Of a DNA stretch of 64,000 nt, positions 41,009 through 53,599 are shown piece by piece. This DNA is from Octopus vulgaris (taxonomy: Eukaryota). How positions within the stretch are numbered: position 1 is the first letter of the stretch; each line of letters opens with the position of its first letter. Location: assembly GCA_951406725.2 (NCBI GenBank), contig OX597840.1, positions 4,154,001-4,218,000 on the forward strand, given 5' to 3'. The notes under the pieces were generated by a model. That model saw only the letters and a program-made list of their open reading frames with translations. It ran no database searches and was not told the DNA's origin. The translations under genes and the position numbers were made by a program.

Positions 41009-42283
41009 TTATTATAATAGGCTATTATCTTTAAATAGTCTTATAGAGTTTCTGTGATATTGTGTCTCTCTCTTTCTCTCTGTCTCATGTTTGTGTGCGT
41101 GAGTGAATTTCTTCGAAAGCAGTCATTGAATTTATTCGATTGTTACGCAAGAGTTTCAACACAACCATGCAAGCAATGTACATCTGCTATCCTTCTGGCA
41201 ATATGGTAAGAGACGGCAGCCAGTCTTTCTAGGGTCACTTCCTGCAACGTGTTCACTGATTTTGATCAAGAAACAAGACAAAAAAAAAAAAAAAAAACAA
41301 CAAAAAATTCCATGCCTCTGACTTTTTGTCTGGAAATTCAAAGACTGGCTGACTGACTGACATTACCCTCCAATATTCATGGAACATAGATGATAGAGCC
41401 AAACCAAACTCTTGTAGAACATAGAAGCGTAGACTTTGCTTATCAGAGAAGTTCAATATTTCTGAAGTTATTCTGTGTGATACAGAGATCAGAAAACCTG
41501 TCCAATTGCCACCACCAGCAGAAATTTCTCTTGGAAAATTTCCCCATTTCCTCAACGTCCGATCTTCACATTTCATAGAAACCAGCTCTATCTTTGATCT
41601 TCACTCTTTTACTCATTTCAGTAATCGGACTGCCGCCATCCACGGACACTGCCTTGAAATGTTTAGTTGAACAAATCAGCCACTACTGTTTTTGTTTTTT
41701 TTTTTAAAGTCCGGTACTCATTTTATCAGTCTCTTTTGTCAAACCGCTAAGTTACAGGGATACATAAGCCAATACCAGTTGACAAGGTGGAGGGGGAGGA
41801 AGACAGACATGCACAAAGACACACACACACACACACACACATTTATATATACATAGGACAAGCTTTCACACAATTTGTATCTACAAAACTCACCCACAAG
41901 ATATTGGTTGACCTGGGGCAATAGTGGAAGATGCTCGCGCAAGGTGACACACATTGGGACTGAACCCAAAACCACGGGGCTGCAAAGTAAGCCACTTATC
42001 CACACAACCATGACTGCACACCCCCTCTAAAACAGTATTTTTAAAAATCAATAAATAAAAAGTGAATCGGACTAAATTTGTCAAAAATCAGTCATGCAGA
42101 GTAGTTGCTCTTCACAAGAACAACAACCCCAAGTTGCCACCTACTATAATATAATAGACAGAGGTTCAAGAACTAGGGCACAACAGACCCAGGTTTAGTC
42201 ACATGACCAGCCTTAACCAATGGGAACAATGGGCCATATAATGCACTATAATGTTTTTCACTATCTTCCGTAATATTATCTAA

Positions 42284-42756
42284 CAGTGTTTCTCAACTGA
42301 GGCCTATATAAAATTTTGGGGGGGTCCACGCAACAAAACAGTAAATTATTATTAGTAGTAAATAATTAGGGATCCACAAAGGGTCTCTGGAAAAAAATTT
42401 TCGTTCAAGATGTATGTATTGGTATGTATTGCGAAGAACTGCTAGGTTTCATTCTTTAGCATTTTACATAGTTCGACCGACACAGAGTTCATGTGTGAAA
42501 AACAAAATAGGAATTTTAAAAGAAGTATCTATAAGGGTCCACCAGAACAATACAGCAATCAAAGGGGACCATAGATAAAAATTGGTTAAGAACCCCTGCT
42601 TTGGAGTGTGGGTCTTTTTCGGATAAAACAAAATAGGAATTTTGAAAGACGTTTCTGTAAAACTAGTTTTTAAAAATCAAATGTCTATAGGGGGGTCCAC
42701 TAGAATGAAATAGTAATCAAGGGGGTCTATAGATAAAAATTGGTGGAGAACTCTTG
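42284..42756. mobile_element. hAT-like MITE with duplicated right half
   Basis: CAGTGTTTCTCAAC left end. Right ends GGTTAAGAACCCCTG (about 42598) and a degenerate copy (about 42756). TSD unclear. Confidence 0.5.
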
Positions 42757-43561
42757 ATCTAACAGATCACAGCTGAACTGTTTTGCAGGAGTAATAATAT
42801 GAAACTCTGAGTAATCCTGGAGTGAATTCACTGAGGAATTTTTAATGAATGTAAAATATATTCCATACATTAAATGCTGTCTTTTGCTGCTTGTACTCCT
42901 CAAGGAATGACTCTGTGTGTGTAAATATATATGTATGTATGTATATATATCCATATATATACATGCGTATGTGTGTGTGTATTTGTATGTGTGAAGGCAC
43001 AAGGCCCAGTGGTTAGGTTGTTGCACACGTAATTTTGTGATCGTGGTTTCAATCCCCAGATCAGCAGTGTGTTGTGTTCTCAAACCAAACACTTTAAATT
43101 TTGTATTGTCCCAGTCCATTCAGCCGTAAAAGGGTGCACCCCTGTGATGGACAGGCATTTTGTTCGAGGGGGAATGTTGGCCTGTCTGCCTGCCTGCCTG
43201 CCTGCCTGCCTGCCTAGCCGGCAGAGTGGCACCATCTGAAAGCTACAACAATGCAAGGAAACACACTGTGACCAGCAAGGTATAACAAGATTTGATCATC
43301 TGGCCACTATAGTGGTGTGTGTGTGTGTGTGTGTGTGTGTGTTCAGGTTTCTATGTTAATTGGTGTGGAGACAGGGGTGGCGATAATGGCTAGCAGAGAG
43401 AGAAAATATTAAAAACAGAGATGGTGGACCCCAGCACCCTTCACAATAATAATAATCCTTTTTAATTTTTGGCACAAGGCCAGGAATTTTAAGGAGAGGG
43501 AGCAAGTCAATTATATCAACCCCAGTACTTATAAATATATATATATATATGTATGTATGTA

Positions 43562-43594
<33 letters not shown>

Positions 43595-43645
43595 ATATGT
43601 AAATATATATATATATATATGTATGTATATATGTATGTATGTATG

Positions 43646-43678
<33 letters not shown>

Positions 43679-44315
43679 CACATATCTCTCTATCTATCTA
43701 TAAGCTGACTGGTACTTTATTTTATCAACCCCAAAATGGTGAAAGGAGGGATTTCAACTCAGAATGTAAAAAGCTGCAATGAATATTGAGCAACTTTCCC
43801 CAACGCAGTAATGATGATGATGATAATAATAATAATAATAATAATAATCCTTTCTACTATAGGCACAAGACCTGAAATTTGTGGTGGGAGGAAACTATTC
43901 GATTACATCGACCCCAGTGTTTCACTGGTACTTAATTTATCAACCCCGAATGGATGAAAGGCTAAGTCGACCCCAGCAGAATTTGAACTCAGAATGTAGT
44001 GGGAAACGAAAACTGCTAAGCATTTCACTTGGCGTGCTAACGATTCTGCCAGCTCACCACCTTATTATTAATAATAATAATAATAATAATAATAATGGGG
44101 TTTTTTTTTGTTGTTGTTTTGTTCTATTTCTATACTGACATAACATCCTCTCGGATTTTGTTAAGAGATATTACTGTACTAGCTTTATCGACCCTGGAGG
44201 AATGAAAAGTATAGACAGACCCCAGAAGGACCTGAACATAGAATTTAAAGGAACGGAAATACCATTTCTATCACTCTTCTACTCTTGCTACATTAATAAT
44301 AATAATAATAATAAC

Positions 44316-44350
<35 letters not shown>

Positions 44351-44991
44351 TAATAATAATCCTTTCTACTATAGACACAAGGCCTGAAATATTGGAGGAG
44401 GGGACTAATCAATTACATTGACCCTGCCCCCCCAGTGTGTAACTGGTACTTAATTTTTCGACCCTGAAAGGATGAAAGGCAAAGTTGACCTTGGCAGAAT
44501 TTGAACTCAAACCATAAAGACGGACAAAATGCCACTAAGCACACTGGTGTGTTAATGACTCTGCAATGATAATAATAATAATAATAATAATAATAAACTG
44601 ATAATGATGATGATGATGATGTTTCTCATATAGTCTCAAGGCTGGAAATTTGGAGGCCGGAGTCAGCGAGGCAAGGTGACCTTCCCAAGGTTTGAACTCA
44701 GAACATAAAACTTTTTGTGCGATGCTCTACCGATTCTTGCAACTGTACCCACTACTTATGCACAAGTGTTAACCCTTATGGTTACTTTCTTGGGATTTGA
44801 AACTATGTTCACTAAGTTGCTACTTTGCACCATCATGCTGACATTTACATGCATGAGCCAATGAGGTCATTCAGCCTTCCAGAAATAGCAGCCAAATCTC
44901 TCTCTCTCTCTCTCAGACACACACACATTTACATGCATGAGCCACTGAGGTCATTCAGCCTTCCAGAAATAGCAGCCAAATCTCTCTCTCA

Positions 44992-45030
<39 letters not shown>

Positions 45031-45576
45031 TTACATGCATGAGCCACTGAGGTCATTCAGTCTTCCAGAAATAGCAGCCAAATCTCTCTCTCTCAGACAC
45101 ACACACACAGAGTAAAATCACATCATACAAGCTTAAAAACCGAAAGGACACACTAAACTATGTATACCTAGATATACAGATGGGATGGTTATGACCGGAG
45201 TGTCACCAGTCATAGGTCTTCGCAATCAGGGTTGCTTTAGGGAACGATACACATTCTTTATATTAGGGATCGGTTGAGTCAAAAAAAAGAGAAGCGTGCC
45301 ACCAGGAATGACGGAGAGGAGAAAGAGAAGAACTACATGTGGTGGCTGGTGGCAGTGGTGGTGGTCACAGCAGGAGTGGTGGTGAGAGGAACCACGGCTG
45401 AATGTCTGATGGTGATGGTGGTGGCTTTGTTAGCGGTGGCGTTGGTGGAAGTAACTGATAGGGGAGAGAAAGAGAGTTTTGGGAAGTGAAGAAGGGGGGA
45501 AGAAAAAAAAAAACCCAAAAAAAAAAAAAACTATGATTTGATTCGGGGGTTAAATGTGACTGTAGCAGGAGTGGTG

Positions 45577-45853
45577 TCACACAGGGGGTGCCTGCTTCAT
45601 GCCAGGGAAGCTCGGACTGTCCATGGGTCCGAGAATGTGGTCGGTGGATTCGGACATGTCCGAGTTCTCGGAATCTGTCGCACCCATATCTCGAGTGTCC
45701 CTCACCGGTGTAAAGCTGTACATAGGAGCAGGTTTTCCACTTTGCAAAGGGCTGAGCGGACTCAGCGATGATATACTCAAACTTCGCGGTGGTTGTATAC
45801 AGGGTTCAGGGCTGCAGCACTCATCCATACTGCTGTTGGAAGACATTGTAAGG
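45577..45853 (-). CDS. FAM122A: FAM122 last coding exon (LTMSSNSSMDECCSPEP...APPV*)
   Basis: tatttgcAG acceptor, in frame with ORF 45577..45846, TGA stop. Ser/Pro-rich low-complexity tail. Total CDS is 987 nt, 328 aa. Confidence 0.82.
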
Positions 45854-46156
45854 CTGCAAATAAGAGAAAGAGAATAACAATAATAATAATAATAATAATA
45901 ATAATAATCTTATATTCTGAAAGAGAAGCAGACCTCAGTCTGTTCATCACATTATCTATAAGAGGAAAGGAAAGAGTCAAAATATACATCACAATGTATT
46001 TTCAGAAGAAGGGGAGAAGAAATAGTTATTGTTAAGAAAAATACAGTGTGTGTGTGAAAGATAGATAAACAGATAGATAGATAGACAGAAAGATAGATAG
46101 GTAGGTAGTGTTGCCACCATAGTAACTAACAATTTTTGATTAAAAACACAGGAATT

Positions 46157-46384
46157 TTAACCCTTTCGTTACTGTATTTATTTTGAGATGCTCTGTGTTT
46201 CTTTCAATTACTTTAAATATAACAAAGAATTTAGTAAAATAACTTAGTTATCATTCAGCTAGTGTTAAGAACATAAATTGTGACTAAGGTTTAGTGGAAG
46301 ATTTTAATTCAAAACTTATGAAAACAAGACATTTGTACTCAGAGCCAGAGCTGGTTTCAGCCAGGTTGATAACGAAGGGTTTAA
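46157..46384. mobile_element. piggyBac-like MITE family 1 (other copies 6553-6782, 19423-20115)
   Basis: TTAA|CCCTTTCGTTA...TAACGAAGGG(T)|TTAA; interiors match between copies. Confidence 0.75.
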
Positions 46385-46442
46385 GTGAAGATAAGAGTGA
46401 AGATGTGCACAGTAAGCAGTGTATATACATGAATATACTCAC

Positions 46443-46548
46443 AATTTAGGGTGTGTTGCTGTGATATTGCGGACTGGGGATGTTCCAGTGTTGAGTCTTT
46501 TAGGCGGGGTTAAGTAGCAATCGAATTTTTCACCGTCTCCACTTTCAG
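46443..46548 (-). CDS. FAM122A: FAM122 exon 8 (SESGDGEKFDCYLTPPKRLNTGTSPVRNITATHPK)
   Basis: tatttcAG acceptor and GTGAGT donor, 106 nt. Phases 1/2 fit the neighbours. PKR motif as in human QPKRFF. Confidence 0.82.
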
Positions 46549-47255
46549 CTGAAATAACAAACAAAGAAATATGAAGACAAATAAACACACAATCATTTAC
46601 TAAATATAAAGATAGATTATATATATACTTCTATTCATATATTTGTTTCAGTCATCTCGACTGTGGCCATGCTGGAGCACCGCCTTTAGTTGAACAAATT
46701 GACCCTAGGACTTATTCTTCATTAGGCATAGTACTTATTCTTTGTAAGCCCAGTACTTATTCTATCGGTCTCTTTTGCCGAACTGCTAAGCTATGGGGAT
46801 GTAAATAAACCAACATCAGTTGTCAAGCGATGGTGGGGGGGGAGACAAACACAGACACACAAACATACACACACACACATATATGTATATGACAGGCTTC
46901 TTTCAGTTTCCGTCTACCAATTCCACTCACAAGGCTTTAGTCGGCCCAAGGCTATAGCAGAAGACACTTGCCCAAGGTGCCATGCAGTGAGACTGAACCC
47001 GGAACCATGTGGTTGGTTAGCAAGCTACTTACCACACAGCCACTCCTATGCCTATATATATGTCATCATCATCATCATCATCATTTAGCGTCCGTTTTCC
47101 ATGCTAGCATGGGTTGGACGGTTCTGCTGGGGTCTGTGAAGCCAGAAGGCTTCATCAGGCCCAGTCAAATCTGGCAGTGTTTCTACGGCTGGATGCCCTT
47201 CCTAACGCCAACCACTCCGTGAGTGTAGTGGGTGCTTTTTACGTGCCACCCGCAC

Positions 47256-47283
<28 letters not shown>

Positions 47284-47286
<3 letters not shown>

Positions 47287-48348
47287 TAGATTATTAAGAA
47301 TGAAATGTCCAATTTTGAACTGGAAGTTTATTCTACTTTATCTCATCAAAAAGCAATGCAATTAATCAAAGTATGCCCCTAAATTATCAACACAATTTTG
47401 CCCTTTTATCAGTAGCTTATTTATGTCAAAAGCAAAGAATTCTGGGGAGCAAGAGGTAATGGAATCACAAAAGGCTGTTTTTGTATCTTCTTCAGATTTT
47501 AAGGTTTTTCCTTGGATAGATCATCAAAAATTCAAGTTTATGAATATGAGTTCCGTTGTGGAACCAATGCAGCCCAGACAGCTTGAAACATCAATGAGGT
47601 GTTTGGTGAAGATGTGGTGAATGAGTACTCTGTACATCAATAGTTTGAGAAGTTCCGGTCTGGTGACTTCACTCATGAAAATCAGCCCCATGGTAGACCT
47701 GAGACCAGGGTGAACAATGATGAGCTGGAAACTGTAGTGGAAGCAGATACATATCAAACTATGTGGAAGTTAGCAGCAAGGTTTGATGTTTTGATTCCAA
47801 CTGTATTGGACCATCTGAAACAAATCAGCATGGTAAAGAAGCTGGACATGTGGGTACCACACGAACTGAATGGGCATCAAATGACACATCATCTTGAAAC
47901 TTACTATTCTTTGCTGTCATGGCATAAAAGTGAACCATTTTTGCATCGTATTGTTACATATGATAAAAAATGGATTCTTTCAATAATGGCAAGCGTTCTG
48001 CCTGTGGTTGGAGAGAGACGAAGTGCCAAAACACAATCCAAAAATGAATATTGATAAAAAAAAAAGCTAATGGTGTCTGTTTGGTGGTCCAGCACTGGTG
48101 TCATTCACTACAGCTTCACGAGACCTGGTAACTCGATTACAGCAGATGTATACATCAACCAGTCAGATGAAATGATGAGCAAACTTGCAATTAAACAATT
48201 GAGATTGGTCAATAGACCACATGTTGCTCAAAGAATGCTACTCAAGTTAGAGGAACTGAACTTGGAAGTACTCCGTCATCGACCATATTCACCAGACCTT
48301 GCACCAACTGACTATCACATTTTCTAGGCATTAGACGACTTTTTGCAA
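47284..48348 (+). mobile_element. mariner transposon relic (Hsmar1/cecropia-like), frameshifted transposase, 3' truncated
   Basis: YEFRCGTNAAQTA, WVPHEL, RIVTYDKKW, MVSVWWS..GVIH and YSPDLAPTDYH motifs. Confidence 0.92.
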
Positions 48349-48382
48349 TGAGTGTGTGTGTGTATGCATATATATATATATA

Positions 48383-48540
48383 GTTAATCCAAACATGAAA
48401 ACACAACAACGCAAGGACGTGGAACAAATATAGTATTATTGGACGCTCAGGAAGGAAGGGAAGAAGGGGGGTTTAACGTTTTGAGCAGAGCTCTTCGTCG
48501 GAGAAGGAAAGATCCAGAGAAGGGAAGACAGAGGAAAAAT
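48383..48540 (-). mobile_element. Penelope-like fragment with decayed hammerhead (copies 22640-22824 +, 60283-60382 +)
   Basis: Three matching copies ending ...CATGTTTGGATTAAC(TA)n. Minus strand reads CCGACGA A GAGC-TCT-GCTC (A)AAA CG TT AAAC. Confidence 0.5.
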
Positions 48541-48829
48541 AATATATCATCATTTAACGTCCGCTTTCCATATATATATATATATATGATGGGCTTCTTT
48601 CAGTTTCCATCTACCATATCCACTCACAGGACTTTGGTCGGTTCAAGATTATAGCAGAAGACAGTGGGACTGAACCCAGAAACATGTGGCTGGGAAGCAA
48701 ACTTCTTACCACACATCTGTTAGTATACACATCACCATAGTACATGTGGGTGCATGTCCACATCTTTTTTCTTTTTTTTTTTTTGAGGGGATAGAGGGGA
48801 AAATACAAAATATTATATACATTACTTAC

Positions 48830-48876
48830 ATTTTCTTTTCCCAAGTGGGCTGTACCTGGCAATTGGACTCATGCTC
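48830..48876 (-). CDS. FAM122A: FAM122 exon 7 (SMSPIARYSPLGKRK)
   Basis: tgtttcAG acceptor and GTAAGT donor, 47 nt. Matches RSQSPI..RPS.LG..KRK. Confidence 0.88.
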
Positions 48877-49175
48877 CTGAAACAAAGAACATAAAGAATT
48901 AGGGGCATACATACAGTAATGCCTCGATACACAAGTTAATCTGTTCCCGGAGACCACTCATATTATCCCCTGTATTTTAAAAAAATTACAAGGTCTCCAT
49001 GGATGCTTTCTGCACCAACACCAGTGGGGTTGCCAAGTAACTTGCATGACAAAATCCTTTCAATTTGGGAGGTGGCTTTGTGCCAGTTGATGAGAGGTTA
49101 AGAAGTATAACAGAAGGCTGACAGAAGGCTTAACGATAACAATTGAAATAACGAATTTAAAACCTCGTTACTCAC

Positions 49176-49267
49176 CTCATCAATGTTTTTGTGTTCGGAC
49201 TGTGCGTAGGACTTGACAAAAACGCAACATTTTTCACAGGAACTTGCATAGACGGAGAAAAACATTG
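49176..49267 (-). CDS. FAM122A: FAM122 exon 6 (QCFSPSMQVPVKNVAFLSSPTHSPNTKTLMR)
   Basis: ctcaacAG acceptor and GTGAGT donor, 92 nt. Carries the QCFSPSLQ family motif. Confidence 0.92.
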
Positions 49268-50564
49268 CTGTTGAGAGAAGAGAGAGAACATCATCATTAT
49301 CATCATCATCATCAACATTATCATCATTATCATTAATTAATGTCTGTTTTTCCATTATGGCATGGGTTGGATGGTTTGACGGGAGCTGGCAAGGCTGGAG
49401 AGCTGCACCAGGTTCTGTTGTCTGCTTTGCCATGGTTTCTATTGCTGGATGCCCTTCCTGATGCCAACCACTTTACAGAGCGCACTGGATGCTTTCTGCA
49501 TCAGCCAGCACCAGTGGGGTTACCAAGTAACTTGCATGACAAAATCCTTTCAACTTGGGAGGTGGCTTTGTGCCAGTTGATGAGAGGTTAAGAAGTATAA
49601 CAAAAGGATAGGGATAGGTGCCTTATTGTGAAGAAGATACATGGATATTCCAGTTGGAGAGGGAAGAGAAAGGCAGACAGATGGACAGACAGATGGAAAG
49701 GAAGAGAGAGAGAGAAAGAGAGAGAGATGGTTGGCTGAATGGATAGATAGATATACAAGCAGATGGATGGGTGGATGGATATACAGACAGACGGATGGAT
49801 GGATGAGGAGAGAGACAGAGACAAAGAGAGAGAGAGATGGTTGGATGGATGGATGGATAGATATACAAGCAGATGGATGATGGATGGAGAGAGAGATGGA
49901 TGGGTGGATGGATATACAGACAGATGGATGGATGGATGGTTGAGGAGAGAGAGAGAGAGAGATGGATGGATGGATGGATAGATGGATGGATGGGTGGATG
50001 GATATACAGACGGATGGATGGATGAGGAGAGAGAGAGAGAGAGAGAGAAGAGAGTGAGAGAGAGAGAGAGGGAAAGAGAGAGAGAGAAGTGAGAGAGAGA
50101 GAGGGAAAGAGAGAGAGAGAAGTGAGAGAGAGTGAGGGAAAGAGAGAGAGAGAGATGGTTTGATGGATGGATAGATAGATATACAAGAAGATGGATGGAG
50201 ATAGAGATGGATAGATGGATAGGTGGATGGATATGCAGACAAACAGATGGATGAGGAGAGAGAGAGATGGATGAATGGAAGAATAGACAGAAAGACAGAA
50301 AGATAGATAAATAGTGTGAGAGAGAGAGAGAGATGGTGGTAGTGGTGGAGATGTGTTGGGACATACCTGTCACATGTCAAGTGTCACATGTCAAGTAACA
50401 AAGTGATTGCAGAGCAATGCAAGATGAAGAGTTCTGTTCAAGAACACAACATAATCCCGACCGGTCCAGATTGAGATTGTGAATGCAGCACCCCCAACCA
50501 CTCGGCCATGCACCCTCACACTACAAGGAAGTACACCTGTAATGACTACAGCAGCAATACTCAC

Positions 50565-50687
50565 CTTGCCAAGCCGTTGTTGTGGTGGCGGTGGAGAAGG
50601 TGACCCACATGCCATGGCTGGCAGTGTAATTATGGACAGGGATTCACTGCAGGATCGTGATCTCCTCTCAGGTAACATGGCTTCCTC
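50565..50687 (-). CDS. FAM122A: FAM122 exon 5 (EEAMLPERRSRSCSESLSIITLPAMACGSPSPPPPQQRLGK)
   Basis: ttatggcAG acceptor and GTGAGT donor, 123 nt, phase 0/0. Ends like SPAPSPTRGIGK. Confidence 0.88.
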
Positions 50688-50866
50688 CTGCCATAAAGAA
50701 AATAAATAAAAAATGATAAACACGTCTCCACAGGTGGAAGGGCAGTAGAAGGGGTTACAAGTCAGTTTGGTTTAGAAGGGAAGAGTGAAATGGTAAAGAC
50801 AAAAGCAGGAATGGATTGAAAAATTGGAAAATTAAAAGCATTGTATAGATTCAGAAATATAGGTGT

Positions 50867-50906
<40 letters not shown>

Positions 50907-51205
50907 TAGCAGTAACGCCCGGCATTGCTCGGGTTTGTAAGGGAAATAACTATATAAGCATTTTTAGAGAGTTATAGCCGAAAAATAGCAAAAAAATGCA
51001 TTAAAAATGGAAATAAAATGATGGTAAATTTTTTTTTTTTAAATCGTAGACTCATCGTAGACGCGCGCTAATACCCAGAAGGGCTCGATATGAATCACGA
51101 CTATAAGATACTGTCTTTTGGTTAAACTGCACCGCAAAATGTGGGAGTAGTTAGGAATCTAAATTGTAGGAGACAGACACACAACTTCACTTTTATATAT
51201 AAAGT
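50907..51205 (-). mobile_element. Non-autonomous Helitron
   Basis: Reverse strand ends ACAAACCCGAGCAATGCCGGGCGTTACTGCTAG|T and starts TATATATAAAAGTGAAGTTGTGTGTC. Confidence 0.8.
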
Positions 51206-51417
51206 TATATAATTACAAATTGAGATAGGGGTTGTGAGTGCAACCCACCATGGGATAACATATATCCAATATACTGCCAGTAAAGCACCCAACAAAGTTA
51301 ATACATAAATGTTAAGAATTGCGATGCAATTAATTCATTTATTGTATTATATGGGAAAAAGGTAAAATGTTTTACCACAAATTAATAATACATTTCTCCA
51401 TTTTCTTATTTTGTATA

Positions 51418-51466
<49 letters not shown>

Positions 51467-51964
51467 CTTGCACAACAAATATTTAAACGTACTATATATA
51501 TATATTATTTTTATAGATATAGGGTAAAGAATTATCAATTTAATAATTAATACATTTTTACAAACCAAGGACGTTATATAGACCTCCTTGACTCAGGTTA
51601 AGAGAAGGGGTGCGTATTATACACAAGGTTTAGGTTTTCCAGAGGTACAGCCCACTGAAAATTCCCTGCGTATAATACTCAAGGGTGGACTATACTTGAG
51701 GGTTTACGGTAGTCCAAGAACTTTTTGATACCACCTCATACATCCTCATAACTTAGCAGTTCAGTATAAGTTTCAATGGAATAAGTAGCAAATCTTTAAC
51801 CCTTTAACAATTAGATTATTCTGTCAAATGTTAATGTTCGTTTATTCATGTTGTTTTGATTTAATCATGAATTGTCTTGTAGCTTCGGGATTTTGATGAT
51901 GTAACTGTTTATTTTCTAGAATAGCAATTGTAGGGGAGAAATGAGAAAACAAAAAAAGACTCAC

Positions 51965-52016
51965 CAAAGAAAAGTCTTCCCAAGAATTAGACATAGTAAT
52001 GGCATTCTGTATTTGT
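51965..52016 (-). CDS. FAM122A: FAM122 exon 4 (QIQNAITMSNSWEDFSL)
   Basis: ttcacAG acceptor and GTGAGT donor, 52 nt. Matches EVQTAMQISHSWEESFSL. Confidence 0.92.
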
Positions 52017-52886
52017 CTGTGAAGTTTCAAGAAAAGAAAATTTTAAAATTAGAAAAAAAATTTAATGGAAAATTACAAGAATAGATACAAGAATAAAATG
52101 TATTTATTTTAATAGTTGTGGCAGGTAAAAACCACCATCCGATTGTGGCCGTTTGCCAGCCTCGTCTGGCCCCTGTGCCGGTGGCACGTAAAAAGCACCC
52201 ACTACACTCATGGAGTGGTTGGCATTAGGAAGGGCATCCAGCCATAGAAACATTGCCAGATCAGACTGGGCCTGATGCAGCCTTCTGGCTTCCTAGACCC
52301 CAGTTGAACCGTCCAACCCATGCTAGCATGGAAAGCGGACGCTAAACAATGATGATGATGATTTCATAGGTTAGGCTGAAGGGCAGAAACTCTGGGAAGG
52401 GAATACAGCGGGGTCGTTAACTACCTCAACTCTAGTGCTTGGCTGGGACTTGTTCTGCCAATCTAAAAGTAATACAAACATTGGTTTCAAATTTTAGTAC
52501 CAGGCCAACAAGTTCATGGGACGGGGTAAGCTGATTACACTGACCTCAGTGCTCGACTGGGGCTTATTTCATTGACCTCTGAAAGAATAAAAAGCGAAGC
52601 TGACCTTGCAGAATTTGAACTCAGAACATGAAGACAGATGAAATACCGGTAAGCATTTTCCTCAGTGTGCTAATGATTCTGTCGGCTTGCCACTTTACCA
52701 GGCCAGCAAGCTTGGAGGAGGGTGTAAGTTGATTCCATTAACCTCAGTAGTCAGCTGGTACTTATTTTATCAAACCAATAAGGATGAAAGGCAAAGGCAA
52801 ACCTGACAGAATTTGAACTGAGAATATAAAAATATATAACGATTCTCCCAGTTCTCTGCCTTAATAATGATAATAATAATAATAAT

Positions 52887-53445
52887 TGCCCTGATGCAGT
52901 ACCAGGCAGTGGCTCTCATGGCTTCTGATCTTAACTGATTGGAAGTGTTATCATGTACATTGTTTTGTCTTGGTATAAAAAATGGGCTACAGCAAATATT
53001 CTGCTCAATACCACAGATTTGCTTGTCAGTTGTTTGACCTTAACCAGTTGAGCATGTCCCTTAGTGGCTGACGATATGTGCATCTCTGATCACGAGCAGA
53101 GGTAGTGGGGGAGCATCATAGCCATGTGTTGAAAGGAACTCTTTGGAGTTTGGATAATTCACCTCTGGAAACATGGGTGGTTCTTTCAACATCCTTAAAC
53201 AACCCTTATTCAGGGACCGTTTGAGTGGGATGGGTTACTCGATCTGAAGAAAATTTTAACTGGGCTCCACCTGCAAGGTCATGTGCTGTTTATCTTGATA
53301 TGAGATCACCATGTTGCGCACATATGGTTGTGATGCATGTGCCTGGTGTACCCTTATCAGACGGGTAGTCATGATGGGTATACTGGGCTTCGTATATTTG
53401 TACCCCAGTGTCACTTTGATGGCATGCACTGCTCTCTCACTCAAT
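52887..53445 (+). repeat. Interspersed repeat with (AAT)n tail, probably a LINE 3'UTR (copies 56668-56900, 39098-39230)
   Basis: Near-identical blocks at three loci; copies end CTCTCTCACTC(AAT)n; the main copy sits in an (AAT)n tract. Confidence 0.65.
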
Positions 53446-53516
53446 AATAATAATAACAATAATAATAATAATAATAATAATAACAATAATAAAGCTTTAT
53501 GTAAATAAAGACAAAC

Positions 53517-53599
53517 CTTTCATGCTCAGTTTCTCGATCAGTGATATGGCTTTCTTCTCTTTTGATTTGGTTTATTCTGTCAGGAATTTTCAGATTTGA
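53517..53599 (-). CDS. FAM122A: FAM122 exon 3 (SNLKIPDRINQIKREESHITDRETEHER)
   Basis: ttatacAG acceptor and GTTTGT donor, 83 nt. Matches RLHQIKQEE...RETVHERE. Confidence 0.92.

Noticed and set aside
41156-41578. Short ORFs in a unique block as possible exons of a third gene
   Set aside because: No recognisable homology or convincing splice-phase chain. More likely UTR or intergenic.
44845-45110. Repeat-spacer-repeat pattern
   Set aside because: The spacers are (CT)n(CA)n microsatellites, so this is a tandem triplication and not a CRISPR array.
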